Below are positions 39,259 through 51,136 of a stretch of 64,000 nucleotides of DNA, one piece after another; the stretch's first letter is position 1, and every line of letters begins with the position of its first letter. Position numbers and translations under genes: made by a program. The notes under the pieces are model-generated. The model searched no databases. It was not told where the DNA came from and worked only from the letters and a program-made list of their open reading frames with translations. The stretch lies in contig OZ116705.1 in NCBI GenBank assembly GCA_964199315.1, forward strand, positions 27,838,001-27,902,000. Direction: 5' to 3'. Source of the DNA: Orbicella franksi (taxonomy: Eukaryota).

Positions 39259-41075
39259 TATGATAGCAGGTTTTTTTGGGCGGCTTAAGGTGTTATCCTT
39301 GTTACAACAATCCAGAGGGAAACATGCTTGCAGCGAAGGAGTTTGTCAGACTCCTAGAGGACTCAGGATCTGTTACAGCAAAACAATCCAACGGGAAACA
39401 GAGAACACACAGTGTTTGGGTCCAACAGTAGAGTTTAATCCCCTAACGTACTCAGAACGTAACCAAAGAATATTTTACTAGGTGCGACTATTTAAGCCGA
39501 AAGCACAATTATAAAGGATTACGCAAAGCTATAAAAAAGTCTTAACTAAACATTATCTCATACATTTCAGAAGGCTCGATTGACTATAACGGAATTCATC
39601 GTTTACAAGATTAATAACTTCCAAAGCAATACAGGTAGAAAACAGTTTAACAAAAGACTATTGCAGGTAGCAATTACAGTTCAACTCTAACTACAGTTAT
39701 GATCTTACACAAAACAGCAGGTGTTTGTTAAGGTTAATGAACTGGAACAGTAACCTCTAACTTAGAAATGCAAAACGAACTAAAACCTAATGTATCTACG
39801 TTGGCTTTCTATATTTTCTGATAGCAAAAGTAAATATGTAAAACATACTAAATTATCTGATTTTCTCTCCTCACATTCCTCCAACCTTAGCTTGAAACTC
39901 TCTTGAGTCAAGCAATAGAAATTTAAAATTACAATCAAAGTAATAGTAGCATCAATGTAAACAGCGGGGCAAGGAATAATTTAAACATTAAAGAAAGCTA
40001 TAACGATGGCTGTAGATAAATATACATCGTTGCGTATTATTGTTGTTTAAACTGTTTTGTTGAATTTTCTATTTGATTTTTGTGCCTGAACCGCGGCATA
40101 AACCAAACAAGCCGAAATATAGTGGCCTTGTGGGGTTCAAATTGGAAAGCAAAAAGAGCAAAAACGAAAAAAGTAAAAGCGAAATATACCACCCTATTGA
40201 TAGCGAAACGACTCGATATATATAAAGAAAATTACGCGTGAGTCTGCTATCCCCTAAAGAAGTCTGTCTCTTGAAAGAGATCTGGGAAGATCTCATAGGC
40301 CATCTGGAGAGTCTGTGGTGGCGAGTGACCCCAGGCAAGGATGTATAAATGCTTGGCCAGGTTGTGATATCGGGCCACGTACAGACTTTCAATTCCCTTG
40401 AATGTGGAGGGACTTTGACAGGTTTCCTTGTCTGTCATGTAATTTAGTAGGCATGGCGCCAAATAATCTTCCTGTATGATCAGATATTGCGCCACGGCGC
40501 AGACTTGAGGAAAGGGAAAATGCTTGGGTTGAATGGTGCGTCCTTCCAGGAGCTGGACCATGATGGCCAGGGTGGTGCTATCCACTGCCTGGGGAGGAAA
40601 GGAAATGTTTTCTTCGGGATGGTGACCCTCAGGGCATCTGGGGCAAAACACCAGTGGAGAACGCAGTTTTCCCGCAACCATCTCACTAATCGCGGCAATA
40701 TCCAAAGCAGTGTTATGTAGCCGGTGAACGAGGAACGAAGTTCCATCGTTTACTTGAAGTCGCAGTACTGCCATGATAGTCCAGGAAGCGAACAGATAAA
40801 GGACTTGAAGAACACGCGGAGAGATCACACTAGGCTAACAGCGCTAAGCAAAGGTAGCGAAATGGGAAGCGGGACTTGCATAAATATTAAGGTGAATAAA
40901 GCGCGGGTCTGGCTTCTCAAGTAATACGGCTTACCCTTCTTCTTGAAAAACCAAGGGGTTACATTCATCTGTTTCTCTGACTCTCCCCAGAAAGCTTGCT
41001 GTAACTACGCTGAATCTCTACCAATGTGATAACAGGTTTTCTCTAACCTAGAAATGCAAAACGAACTAAAACTTA
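39259..41075 (-). mobile_element. Second copy of the non-autonomous LTR element; 3' LTR 39259-39875
   Basis: Same organisation as 34133-35995. Confidence 0.6.
40247..40774 (-). CDS. Intact 175-aa ORF with BTB/POZ/Skp1-like pattern inside an LTR element
   Basis: MAVLRLQVNDGTSFLVHR..ISEMV..ISFPPQAVDSTTLAIMVQLL..VCAVAQYLII; homologs at 35121-35648 and 53068-53376. Confidence 0.55.
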   Translation of the reverse strand: MAVLRLQVNDGTSFLVHRLHNTALDIAAISEMVAGKLRSPLVFCPRCPEGHHPEENISFPPQAVDSTTLAIMVQLLEGRTIQPKHFPFPQVCAVAQYLIIQEDYLAPCLLNYMTDKETCQSPSTFKGIESLYVARYHNLAKHLYILAWGHSPPQTLQMAYEIFPDLFQETDFFRG

Positions 41076-41379
41076 GATTTTGACTGAGATCGTGTCGCAG
41101 CCTTAGCAGTTGTAGTTTTAGCCTTAGCCTTAGAACTTGAAGCCTTGGGTGGCATAAAGCGTCATTAGTCACTGTTCTTATTACTCCTTCTCAGAGTGCT
41201 CGGACATAAGATTGCGATGGCGCCATAATTGATGACAATAATAAATAAGTGCTATTAATAGCTAATTATGACTACAAACATATAATTAGAAGTGAGATAA
41301 ATAGAAATTAAAACAGTCACCGGAATAACAGTCTTATATTAATTCTTCTTTCAAAGCGCTTCTTGGCTGTCTTCTTTGT

Positions 41380-41800
41380 TTGTCACTCCGTTCTTGCTTG
41401 ACTGGTCTCGGTTGTCCTGCTTGACTGGTCTCGGTTTTCCTGGAAAGCTCCCCAAGGCGGTGCGCGTCCTCACTAAGTCGTCGCGATAACTGCGCAATGT
41501 TCAGTTCAATTAACTATGGTTGGTTTGTTTTGTTGGTTATTGAGTTTGACTAACCTCCTTTTTACCGCCGTCGTGGCCTTGTCCAAAACGTCGCTTGGCG
41601 TTCCCAATAACGGGCGTAAGCTGCGAGCTGTAGGACTCGTGGGCGAGAATGTGGTAACCGTAGCATCGGTCTTGACTGTTGAAAAACTCCCCGGCCACGG
41701 CCAGTCATAAACAAGGCGATCGTTAATACCCGGATTCTCCACCACCTTGTTGGACCAGGTTTTCGTAGGGAATTAGCTTCCCAGTCCAACACTCTTCAGG
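41380..41800 (-). mobile_element. Degenerate GC-richer coding remnant, possibly gag-like
   Basis: ORFs 41506-41745 and 41562-41792 within LTR-element debris; no diagnostic motif. Confidence 0.3.
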
Positions 41801-42689
41801 ATGGTTACTAATCAACACTCACCAAGTATGGTTGGCTCTGGATTTAATGTTTAACTTCAGCTTCACATCATTTTTCAACACCAGCTTTCAGCAATCTCTA
41901 AAACTCTCTCTGACTTTTTACAGTTTTACAACTCTTTTTGTTAGCTAGTTTACAGGAAGTTATCTAACGCCTTACATCAGTGCTAAATTAAGCTAAATCT
42001 ACCACTCTAGGTGTGGATTTCCAGGCACAGAACCAATGGAGGGTATCAGTGGTTACCTCAGTAAAACTTCAGTAATAATTAAACGTGCTTTTGACTAGAC
42101 GGATTGGTTATGGGAATGAATAGCTAATGAGATAGACAAGAAAGGGACATTTTGGGCTAGGTCGAAATCTAGCGAAGCGTTCAAAGGTCTGAGTAATGAA
42201 AATAAGATCATAGCCTTGTCTAGTGACGCGCAACGCGCGGGCGACTAAAACAACAGGTGGAAAGCTAAAACTGGCAGGTGCCTAAAAAGTACTAGTGAAA
42301 GGTAACGGATATCTAGCATTGGTTCTCGCTGTTCGATGGATATATTTTACTTCTACTTAAATTATAGTTCTACAATTAATTAGTGTATGAGAGAACTAAG
42401 ACAATATCGAGAATCCTAATTGGATTACGGTCGCGCTTACAAAAATAACTGACAGGTAGGTGAGTTACGGGTGGCCGTAACGCCCAACTTAGTTTCCAGT
42501 TTACCAACGTTATCTTTTTCCATGATAAACCCTCGAATTCGTTTTAAAAATATCCCAAGTCAATAATTTATATCTGTAAGTATTATAAGTTTCCAACACC
42601 AAAAATAAGTTTCCCTTATTGTTTAAAGTAGGAAATAAATAAATATGTGTAACGCATCATTGCTTGCATTTTTATTGTTTAACAGTAAT

Positions 42690-44490
42690 TACAGTTCAGC
42701 GCTTATTACAGTTATGATCTTACAACAAAATTGCATGTGTCTGTTACAGTTAATGAACTCGAACAGAAACCTGTAACTTAGAAATGCAAAATGAACTAAA
42801 ACAAATGTATCTATGTTAGATTTCTGTAATTTCTGATAGCAAAAGCAATTATGTAAAACATACTAAGTTATCTGATTTCCTCTCCTCACAAACTCCAACC
42901 TTAGCTTGAAACTCTCCTGAGTCAAGCAATTAAAATTAAAACTACAGTCAAAGTAATATCATCAATTACAACAGCAAGGCAAAAAGAAAGTTTTTTTGTT
43001 GTTGGTTTTAACGTTTTCTGATTTTGTATTGTATTTTTTTGTGCCTGGACTGCCGCATAAACCAAACAAGCTGAAATACAATGACCTTGGAAGTCCAAAG
43101 AAGTTAGGCAAACTATGACTTGGAAAATTATGAATTCAAAAAGTTCAAGAAAAACAAGTGAAATAACTTAAGGTAATAATGTTTAGAATGTCTTCCTGTG
43201 GTCCGGGATCCGCTCTTGGGATTAGTGTTTTGCTTAGAATCAAGAGGCCAAAGCAATGGCCTTGGCCAATGTTTCGGATTTCTAGTGCTCAGTAGGCAGG
43301 GCAAACGTCTTGATGGAGGGGTAAGTGAGGTCATCCAGACTGGTAATTCATGTACCCTGAGATAGTAACACTTCCAGGAAGTGGCAATTCTGGATGCCCT
43401 TTGTCCAGAGATGAAGGGCTGGTACAGGCATCTTCTTGGTGTCCAACCAGTGGTGTTGCAGACTGCACAGGGCGTCAGTAGGTGTTTTGGGGCAGAAAAC
43501 TGCGCTGCTCCCTACTTTAGCTGTGGATGGCCATGGAGTGCAGTCTGTCTGTGATACGTTATCAAGTTAGCTTTGGGCTGCTTGAGGAGGAAATCCGAAT
43601 TGTATGTTTTTGTCCATTGTGTGTGGTGGCTTACGATGGCCATAGCTTTGAGAACGAAGTCTTCTCTGTGCTGGAAGCCATCGATAGTGATGGTGAGATC
43701 CAAATAGTTTGGGGCCAACATTCTGTTGAGAAGGGGAAGGCAAGGAGCACGGGGTGACAGCACTAAGAAAAGGTAGCGAAATAGAAAAATGGACTGGTAT
43801 AAATAGTAAAGTGAATAAAGGACAGCAAGGCCAAGAGAATGTGTAATGTGGGAACTTTATAACGGGGAATTCAAAGGTGCAAAATTCAATAAAGTTAAGC
43901 TCGAGAGATGGAGCATGGTAAAGGTGGACCTTTTATTTTGTAAGAAGTGTTGTTGGGGAAAAGTGTCAGTCCAAAGTGGATATATCGGTATGGGAGGATA
44001 AAGGAATAGCTAATGAGACTTGTGGGTTGTAGCTGGAAGTGGAAGACAGCTATTGAAAACGACCGAAAAGAACCAAGAGGGCAATGAAATTTAGTACTGT
44101 AAATGCAAAGGTGGTGTAGGTGAAAATATTGTTAACAGTTGTAGTGCTGCTAACATCAACATTATGGACATTGAGGTTAAATTGGGCCTGACGTAACGTC
44201 AAATCGCGATCTAAAGAATCATAGGTTTGGTCCAAATACTGTAATGTGGAATTATATAGAGTAAAATCTTTAGGAATAGAGATGCCAGGTACAGCAAGTG
44301 TAAATTTGTGTGTTGAAACATCTTGCCAGGGAATATAAGAAAAATGAGAATTTTAGAACAGTGGAATTGAAAAGCGTAATGTGGAGGGACATGTTCCTAG
44401 ACCTGTCCGTTGCGAGTAAAAGGACATGTTACAAGGCCAGTGGCGTATGTAAAATACCGCCTAAGACGAGTCACATTCTAGGAGGTTCGA
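42690..44490 (-). mobile_element. 3' part of an env-bearing LTR element: env C-terminus (44050-44490), DEDD-like ORF (43230-43721), 3' UTR/LTR segment
   Basis: Env: HWPCNMSF..TGLGTCP..NSTLQYLDQTYDSLD plus a TM helix. DEDD-like: TIDGFQHREDFVLKAMAIV..HG..WTKG..SLDDLTYP. Downstream DNA is homologous to 34540-35000. Confidence 0.7.
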
Positions 44491-45639
44491 GAAACTAGAC
44501 AGTGGTAAGCCTAACCCTGAAGAGCGTTTTCCCACTGTTTCTCTTTCTGGCATGTTCAGATATTACTATGACGACTCTTCAGGCTTTTTCACTGCTCTCA
44601 TCTTGTCTACTGCTACAGAGAGTGCACAGAGCACAGAGAATGCCCTGACAATAAAGCAAATTGCATGAATTGTCAGGATCATTTTGATGCAAACTCTTAC
44701 ATGAGCAACTGGCCATGTTTATCTGTTGATTTCAGGGTTTACGTTGCTTTCCTGCCACAGCTCTCAACTCTTTTGTATGTTAAAGGAGTGGAGGGCACCA
44801 CCTCAGAACAAGACACTTACTAAATGATTGCTTTCTGTTCAGACAAGATACAACAATGTTGGCACCTAACCTTTGACTGAAGTTGTATGTAAACTAGTAG
44901 TCACTGAGTTGTTTACTTCAATGCTTGTCACAAAAATGAAATCCAAACACTAACAGTAGTCTGCTTATGTAGTGTCAGTTAAACCATGCACTAATGTTTG
45001 CCCCATTGGATAACTTTCTTTTAAAGACAGGAATGATGTCCCATTCTCTGATTTATTCTGCTCTCTAACAGCTGCTCTTTCTTCATCCTCGGTTCCTGCT
45101 ATGTCGTGATCTGCCTTGCCAATCGCCTGCGTGACTTCTCATTCTTCAACATTTTCTTGTATTCTATTAAAATATTCATTATTGTAGAGATTCTGTGTTT
45201 GACTGCCGACCTGTCCAAAGAAGCAAGGCTTAAGACTGCGTCTTGAAAGTTGAAGGTAAAGGCTTCCTCCTCGCTCCCCATTAAAGATTCTATGATAATG
45301 ATGGACTCTTGTATCTTTTCATATGTGGCCTCACATCTGGCAGTCCGCAGGTCCAAAGAAGGCATATTGTCTACTTCTGCCAAATTTCCAGACAGACTTC
45401 AGTTTTTGACATGATTCTTGCCAGCTGGTCGAGTATGAATGCATTTTGTGCCAGCTGGCAAGAAATTTGGCACTTATTGATTGGCTACAGCCATGATCAG
45501 TTGCTAAAGTTACTTCAAAATATTTTGCCAGCCAAGGTCAGTTGCCAAGGTAACTTCAAAACTATTTTTTTTTTGCTTCATTAAACAAAAATGTATTTAA
45601 TAATATGAAATGATTGTTGCCTTTCACATAGTCATTTTG

Positions 45640-46130
45640 CTAATTGATGGAATTTACACCAACTCGTTGCAAAGTAATGTTATATTAATCACTCATTCCA
45701 TTAAGCTCTACCAGCTCCTTCAGTTCACCAATCTCATCAGGCAATGTGGTCAACTAGTTGTCACTCAGATACAGGTTTTGGAGTTTCTTGAGGTGTTTAA
45801 TGTTTGAAGGTAGAACAGACAACTGGTTGTTACTCACACTAAGCACGGTCAGGTTACTCAATTCACAAATACAGCTAGGAAGTTCTCTCAACTGGTTAAG
45901 GAATAATTTTAGCCTTTTGAGATCTTTTATCTTGTTTCTACTTGGTGGTAATTCTTTCATATAATTACCTGACAACTGAAGTTCCTCCAATTCAATCAGG
46001 TCAGTAACAGCTTCAAGAACTTTTGTCAACCCTCTCCTCAAATCTAAAGCCCTTTCTCCTTTATAATTTGTAGAAATGTGCTTGACCTGAGCTCCTCGGC
46101 TGAGATATTCTCCCTCCTCCACTATATACA
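45640..46130 (-). pseudogene. LRR protein 5' fragment (copy D)
   Basis: ORF 45754-46122: RGLTKVLEAVTDLIELEELQLSGNYM... Confidence 0.8.
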
Positions 46131-46239
46131 GAAATACCTACAACTGTTTGATTACTTCCTTAACTTTTGTTAAGTATGTTAAAATATAACAAATATAAAA
46201 ATCATTTCAAGCAAAGCTTGTATTGATTTTACATACGAG

Positions 46240-46510
46240 ATAAATCTGGTAGCATCTAAGGCTTCTGAAATTCTTGGTGAGGGAAGGCTTTCTTTTCTAG
46301 TTATTTTATTTAGGTTTCTGTAGTCTACACAAAAGCACATAGCATCATCAGATTTCCTAACTAATACCACTGGGGCAGCCCAAGGGGACACTGATGTCCA
46401 GCATCTCGCCGATTTGTTTTTCTATTCCTTCCTTGTTAGTGGGAGAGCTGTGATAAGACCTAAAACATAGGAGGACAATCCGTTGTCTATTTTGTGCTTA
46501 ACCATCAAAC
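46240..46510 (-). mobile_element. Ty3/Gypsy reverse transcriptase N-terminal fragment
   Basis: [49 protein letters not shown]. Confidence 0.9.
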
Positions 46511-48596
46511 AATGCCCCAGTTGTCAGGAGTATAAGCGGAGATGACAACAGGGCCTGGAGTGCATTCTATTGTTTGAGTAGTGTCTACATTGTGGGGGAC
46601 CTGTGCGTCTGAGTCAAAGGGTGTGGGTAGGTCCTGTTCCACTTCAGCCTCTAAATCAGACTTGATGAGTTCATAAGTAACTATCACTGGATCACTCGCT
46701 TTAAAATCTGCCGTGTGCGTTATGACAGAATGGGCCATGCCTTGTGGAAGATCTCCCGCCGCCAGGGCCAAAACATGGTGCATTGTTTGATATCGTTGCA
46801 TACGCGAGGCATCTGGTCGGTTTATTAATGGGACATATTGTAGAGATGATAGTAAGTGGTCCATGTTTGGCCACAAGTCACTGCTAGACACTTTATTAAA
46901 AAGTTGCGGTTCCATGCTGGAGCCCATCACATTTCACAATGAAGGAAAGAGTGGACTTGACTGATTGTTGCAAGATTAACAGATAAACAGCGGCATCGAG
47001 AACAAACAAATTGGTAGTGACTAGGTCTCAAATGAACATGATTTTATAGGGGATGTAAAGAATGGAAATGGGCATGAATAGTGGGAAATGGATAAAATAT
47101 ACATGAATTGGTAAGCAGATGCAGAATACAGAAACCGAAAAGTTTAACTCACAGGTGGATATTAGAATTTCTTCAAGTGCAGATGAGCTAGGTAAACACA
47201 TGGGGTACTGCACACTACCAGACATGTTATTAAAAGTCTCCCTATCCAGGTGGAGTTGGGGGTTTGGGAGGTTATTCCCAATGAAGACACAACTCTTAAA
47301 AAGTTTTGGGGTTGTAGGAGCTAGTCCGGAACGTAAAGAGAAATGTATCTTTTAGAAGGTACAGAAGTGCATGTCCGTTTGTGAAGAGTTTTTCCTGCAA
47401 ACACTGAAAATTTCAGACTGAACGGACACTTGAACTGACAACTGGGGGAATCTAACTCTGGAGAGCACTGCTTGCCTGCGGGAACGGAAATTCATCACGA
47501 TTTCCTGGTACACGAGGATCTACTTCAATGGTCTTCACTATGGATGTCAAGGAAGAGACAACTTGATCCAACAGTAGTTTATTGTGCACTCGACAACAAT
47601 GATCTTTGTAATCGATGTTATAAGCGTAATCGCAATCGTGATCCATGTAATCGAAAAAGCTTTACAAACGTACTTGCTTGTATCTCATCCTTTACATGTC
47701 AAGTGTTTACAATATGATAATGTAACTTCTATCAAACAATACGAGAGAAAAGTACTTAATTAAGATAGCGAATTCTAATCAACACTACAAAGGTCCCAAA
47801 ATTAAAAATAGAGAGCTGAGATTAAAATTCACAGGTTGAAATTAAGATAGAACAAACTTAGGAAATTAAAAGTGAGATACCTAATTTGTAATTCTGAATT
47901 GGTGTTACCGATAGCAAGGGAAATTTATCCCATGAATACAAAGTGATAAAACTTCATTACTGAAAAATAGTTCAGATGGCTAACTTCCGAGCAAACTTCA
48001 TTGCTGAAATATACATGTAGTTCAGCTGGCTAGCTTCCGAGGAAACAAAAGGTAGATTTTAATAATGAAAAGAAACTCAAATGACCTGATAATGAACTAT
48101 TTGTTTTCTAAATGAAAGTTAGTGAAACGGCGTTGCACAGGTTCAGGTGCACAAAGAATCGGCAATGTACAAAGTAGAACAATAACTTAACATTTTTAGT
48201 TGGTAACCGAAAAGAGGCTAACATTGGGGTTTTTTCTATATTTTCTTGTCGGTTATAATATTTCTTGAAAGCGAATACATGCATTCCAAATCCCAACAAT
48301 GAACAAACTGGTGAACAAAACCGAGGTCCACAAGCTCCCTATTACTAAACCAAATTACATTTTAAGGGCTTGGAAGCAAGCAATTTACAATATTTTCATA
48401 ACAATACTTGGAGTGAACTTAAAATAACAATAATGCGGTCGCGGTAAAGAACGGTTGGGACTACTTCGCTTATTGCTCTGTAGCATTCCTCCCACCTTAA
48501 TTCGAGACCTCCAGGCAAGGTAAAGAATGGAATTAAGAGTTCTGTGAGTTCCTCGTGCAGTCGTAAGTGGTTTACCTCGGGAGATCAGGCCATGCA

Positions 48597-49146
48597 CTAG
48601 AGGGTTCGTCGTCCGATGGGGTCGCTATCCAGCCCTTCGGTGAGCAGCCAGGTGCTGAAAAGGCAAGCTTTTTCCTGGGTGAGGAGCGGGCGAGGATCTG
48701 CGGGTTCCAACTGCTTAGCTGTGGGACATGCCAGGTCCTCCAAGCTTTGAACTATAAAAGCACAAGGCAACCCAGGAACATTGACCAGGTGCGTGACAAA
48801 GGATGTTTTAGTCGTACCTTTTACCCAGATGAGAACCTGTGCTGGTGCAAGATCTCCTCTTTCTGATAGGACGATAAACCCCTCCAGCACAGCGTGCATT
48901 AGCACTGAACTGGCCATTCCCTGCGGGAGGCCTGCCGAGGCCAGGGCCAGACCATGGTGCAACGTTTGGTGAAGATACGTCTTAAAGGCTTCCGGTCCCT
49001 TAGACAGCAACGAACTTGTGTCGAAAATGCAGTAATAAGTAGTCCTTGTACGGCCACAAGCCACTGCCAGGCACTTTAAGTGCATGGAAGTCATCAGTTC
49101 CGCGTTGGAAACTATCACATTCGACAACGAACGAAAGAGCGGACAT
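48597..49146 (-). pseudogene. DEDD/DnaQ-like accessory ORF (one frameshift)
   Basis: MSALSFVVECDSFQ../LKCLAV..HHGLALASAGLP..WVKG..SLEDLACP..EKA.LFSTWL. Confidence 0.7.
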
Positions 49147-49559
49147 TGTCGAAATACAGTAAATGGATGAAATAGCAGCGTAGAGAACGAAGAAATTGGT
49201 AGTGACTAGCTCACAGATGAACATGATTTTATAGGGGATGGAAAGAATGAGATCGGCCATGAATAGCAGGAAATGAACACAATACACATGAATAGGGGAA
49301 CAGATGCTGAACACAGAAACCGAAAAGTTTAATTCGTGAGTAGATATGAAAATTTCACCAACTGCAGCTGAACTGACGGAACATGTGAGCTAAGGGACGC
49401 TCCCATATGCAAAGATGAGGGCGAAATGGGGAAAAAATATAAAAATAAAAAGAACGCAAGGCAGTGATTGCCGTGCTTAAGAGGTTGAGGTTGATTGAGA
49501 GGTAAGGGGAATGCTTTCCAGAGGGCAAGGAGGAGACATCGGCGGGACAGGACCTGAGG

Positions 49560-50720
49560 GCTTTTTGGACAGTATGTGTTAAAAAAACGACCAAAACAAT
49601 AAAGTTGCAGATGGTAAAAGCAAGACAAAGGTAAAATTAGCACTGTAAACAAACTCTGGTGGGAAACTTGATGAATGTCCTTGATATCCTGTTGTACTTT
49701 TTGTAGCCGACGGGTCAAATCTTAGTCTAGGGTGTCATAAGTGGTATTGAGGGACTGAAGAGTCGAATTATCAATGCGCAACGGTGTAGGAATGACAAAA
49801 TTGGGTATGGGAGATGTAGTGTTATTTTGGAAGGGGAGGGAAACCCAAGGTACGAACTAAAATTGCCCGTTATGGAACAAAGGAAATTGAAAACTCAGTC
49901 GCTTGGGGCAACGTCCCCACCCGGTATGTTGGTGTGAAAACCATACATTACATGGGAAATGATAAATGTGGAATGGCAGTAACCTTAATAACCTTGAACC
50001 CTTGTTAGTACGAATAGAAATGTTAAAACTGGTGGACAAATAATAACGCCCCCCGAGATGAACAAGTAGTCTTAAGTTATGACACTTGGGCAACGGGGAA
50101 TGGGCATGGTGAAAAGAAAGCTTAGTTTGGGGTGTCCACTTGAGACCAAGCCACAACAGGTTTTCCACAGTGGACAGGACATCAGCTGGGCACAGAAGTG
50201 GGGTTTCTTCTTTGAAGCATAGGTCTAGCTCGGCTTGTTTGAGAACATACCTTTTGTTATCACAGGTCAGTAAAACCAGATCATGCCACGTTATTGTTCC
50301 GCCAAAACAGTTGCCGTTAATTTGATAAGACGATGGGACTAACGATTCCATTATGCAAATAGCAGTACCTTGATCCAATGTTACAAGAGTGAACAAAAGA
50401 TGTAATTGAAGGTTTCTGGAGTTGACAAGGTGGTAGTCAATCAAAGGCTCTGAGCAGTGGAAAACCATCTCTTAAAGCGTCAAGAGTGTTTGCAGGGAAG
50501 GGACAGAGGCAAGCTTGATTGACAAATCGGCAGTCAGAAAGCGAGGAAGGTCGGCATAGCTAACCCAGTTCTTGCGAGAAATGTGTGCCAGATGTCGTAA
50601 AAGGTCATCAGTCTCAGTTAAGTATAACAAAGAGGTCAAGGCTTTGTGTACTTCCATTGTGTACAGGGAAATAAACTCATGATTTGAAAATGCACCCATT
50701 GTGAGAGTGCCAAATATCAC
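49560..50720 (-). pseudogene. Envelope glycoprotein-like ORF of an LTR element (disrupted)
   Basis: Cys-rich ORF 49857-50468 (LLTCDNK..LCFKEE..LCPADVL..HLGGRYYLST..CNV..GRCP), N-glycosylation-like NST/NTT, heptad region then hydrophobic TM segment; two further paralogous copies. Confidence 0.7.
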
Positions 50721-50759
50721 TCAACTTGTGATAAGGATGACCAAAGCTTACAAAAATTA

Positions 50760-51136
50760 GTTTCTGGTTATTACTCAAGCCCAGTCGCCAGATTTTCTTG
50801 AGGTGTGAAATGTTTCAAGGTAGAACTGAGAACTCTTTTCTACTTGCACTTAGCTCAATCAGTTTATTTTATTTACCAGTGGTGAGGAAGTGGTTGTGGA
50901 ATAATTTCAGCCTTTTGAGGTTTGTCAGGTTGCTAGTACGTGTTGGTACAGTAACTCTTTCCATATAATTAACTGACAAGTCAAGTTCCTCCAATTTAGT
51001 CAAGTCAGGAACGGCTTCAGGGATCAATGACAACCTTCCTATGCTCATATCAATACTACAGTTTATTGAGATGTTTCATGTGTGATGATAAAACTGTCAG
51101 TTTGTTGTTTCCCACATCAAGCTCTTCCAGTTCCTT
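50760..51136 (-). pseudogene. LRR fragment (copy E), paralogous to 31105-31420, interrupted by an element beginning TGTAACGG at 51138
   Basis: Shares the caaccttcctatgctcatatca junction with 31180. Confidence 0.7.

Larger units (their letters stand above)
37150..41045. repeat. Segmental duplication copy 2
   Basis: Paired with 32025-35920. Confidence 0.95.

Noticed and set aside
32686-39481. Paired near-identical short ORFs (MICARPN.., MGKTYST.., MKFL.VHN..)
   Set aside because: Non-coding DNA within a recent segmental duplication; no motifs.
35361-40720. Plus-strand ORFs MRHGADLRKG.. conserved in two copies
   Set aside because: Antisense shadows of the BTB-like ORF; conservation is explained by the recent duplication.
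35880-41025. Assigning a specific primer tRNA to the PBS-like sites (tggttgagattcagcg / tggtagagattcagcg)
   Set aside because: I could not match a tRNA 3' end from memory; this needs a tRNA database search.
36240-47720. Shared ORF-like segment at 36340-36640 and 47400-47720
   Set aside because: Stops occur in all frames and no frame is clearly favoured; treated as retroelement 3' UTR/LTR DNA.
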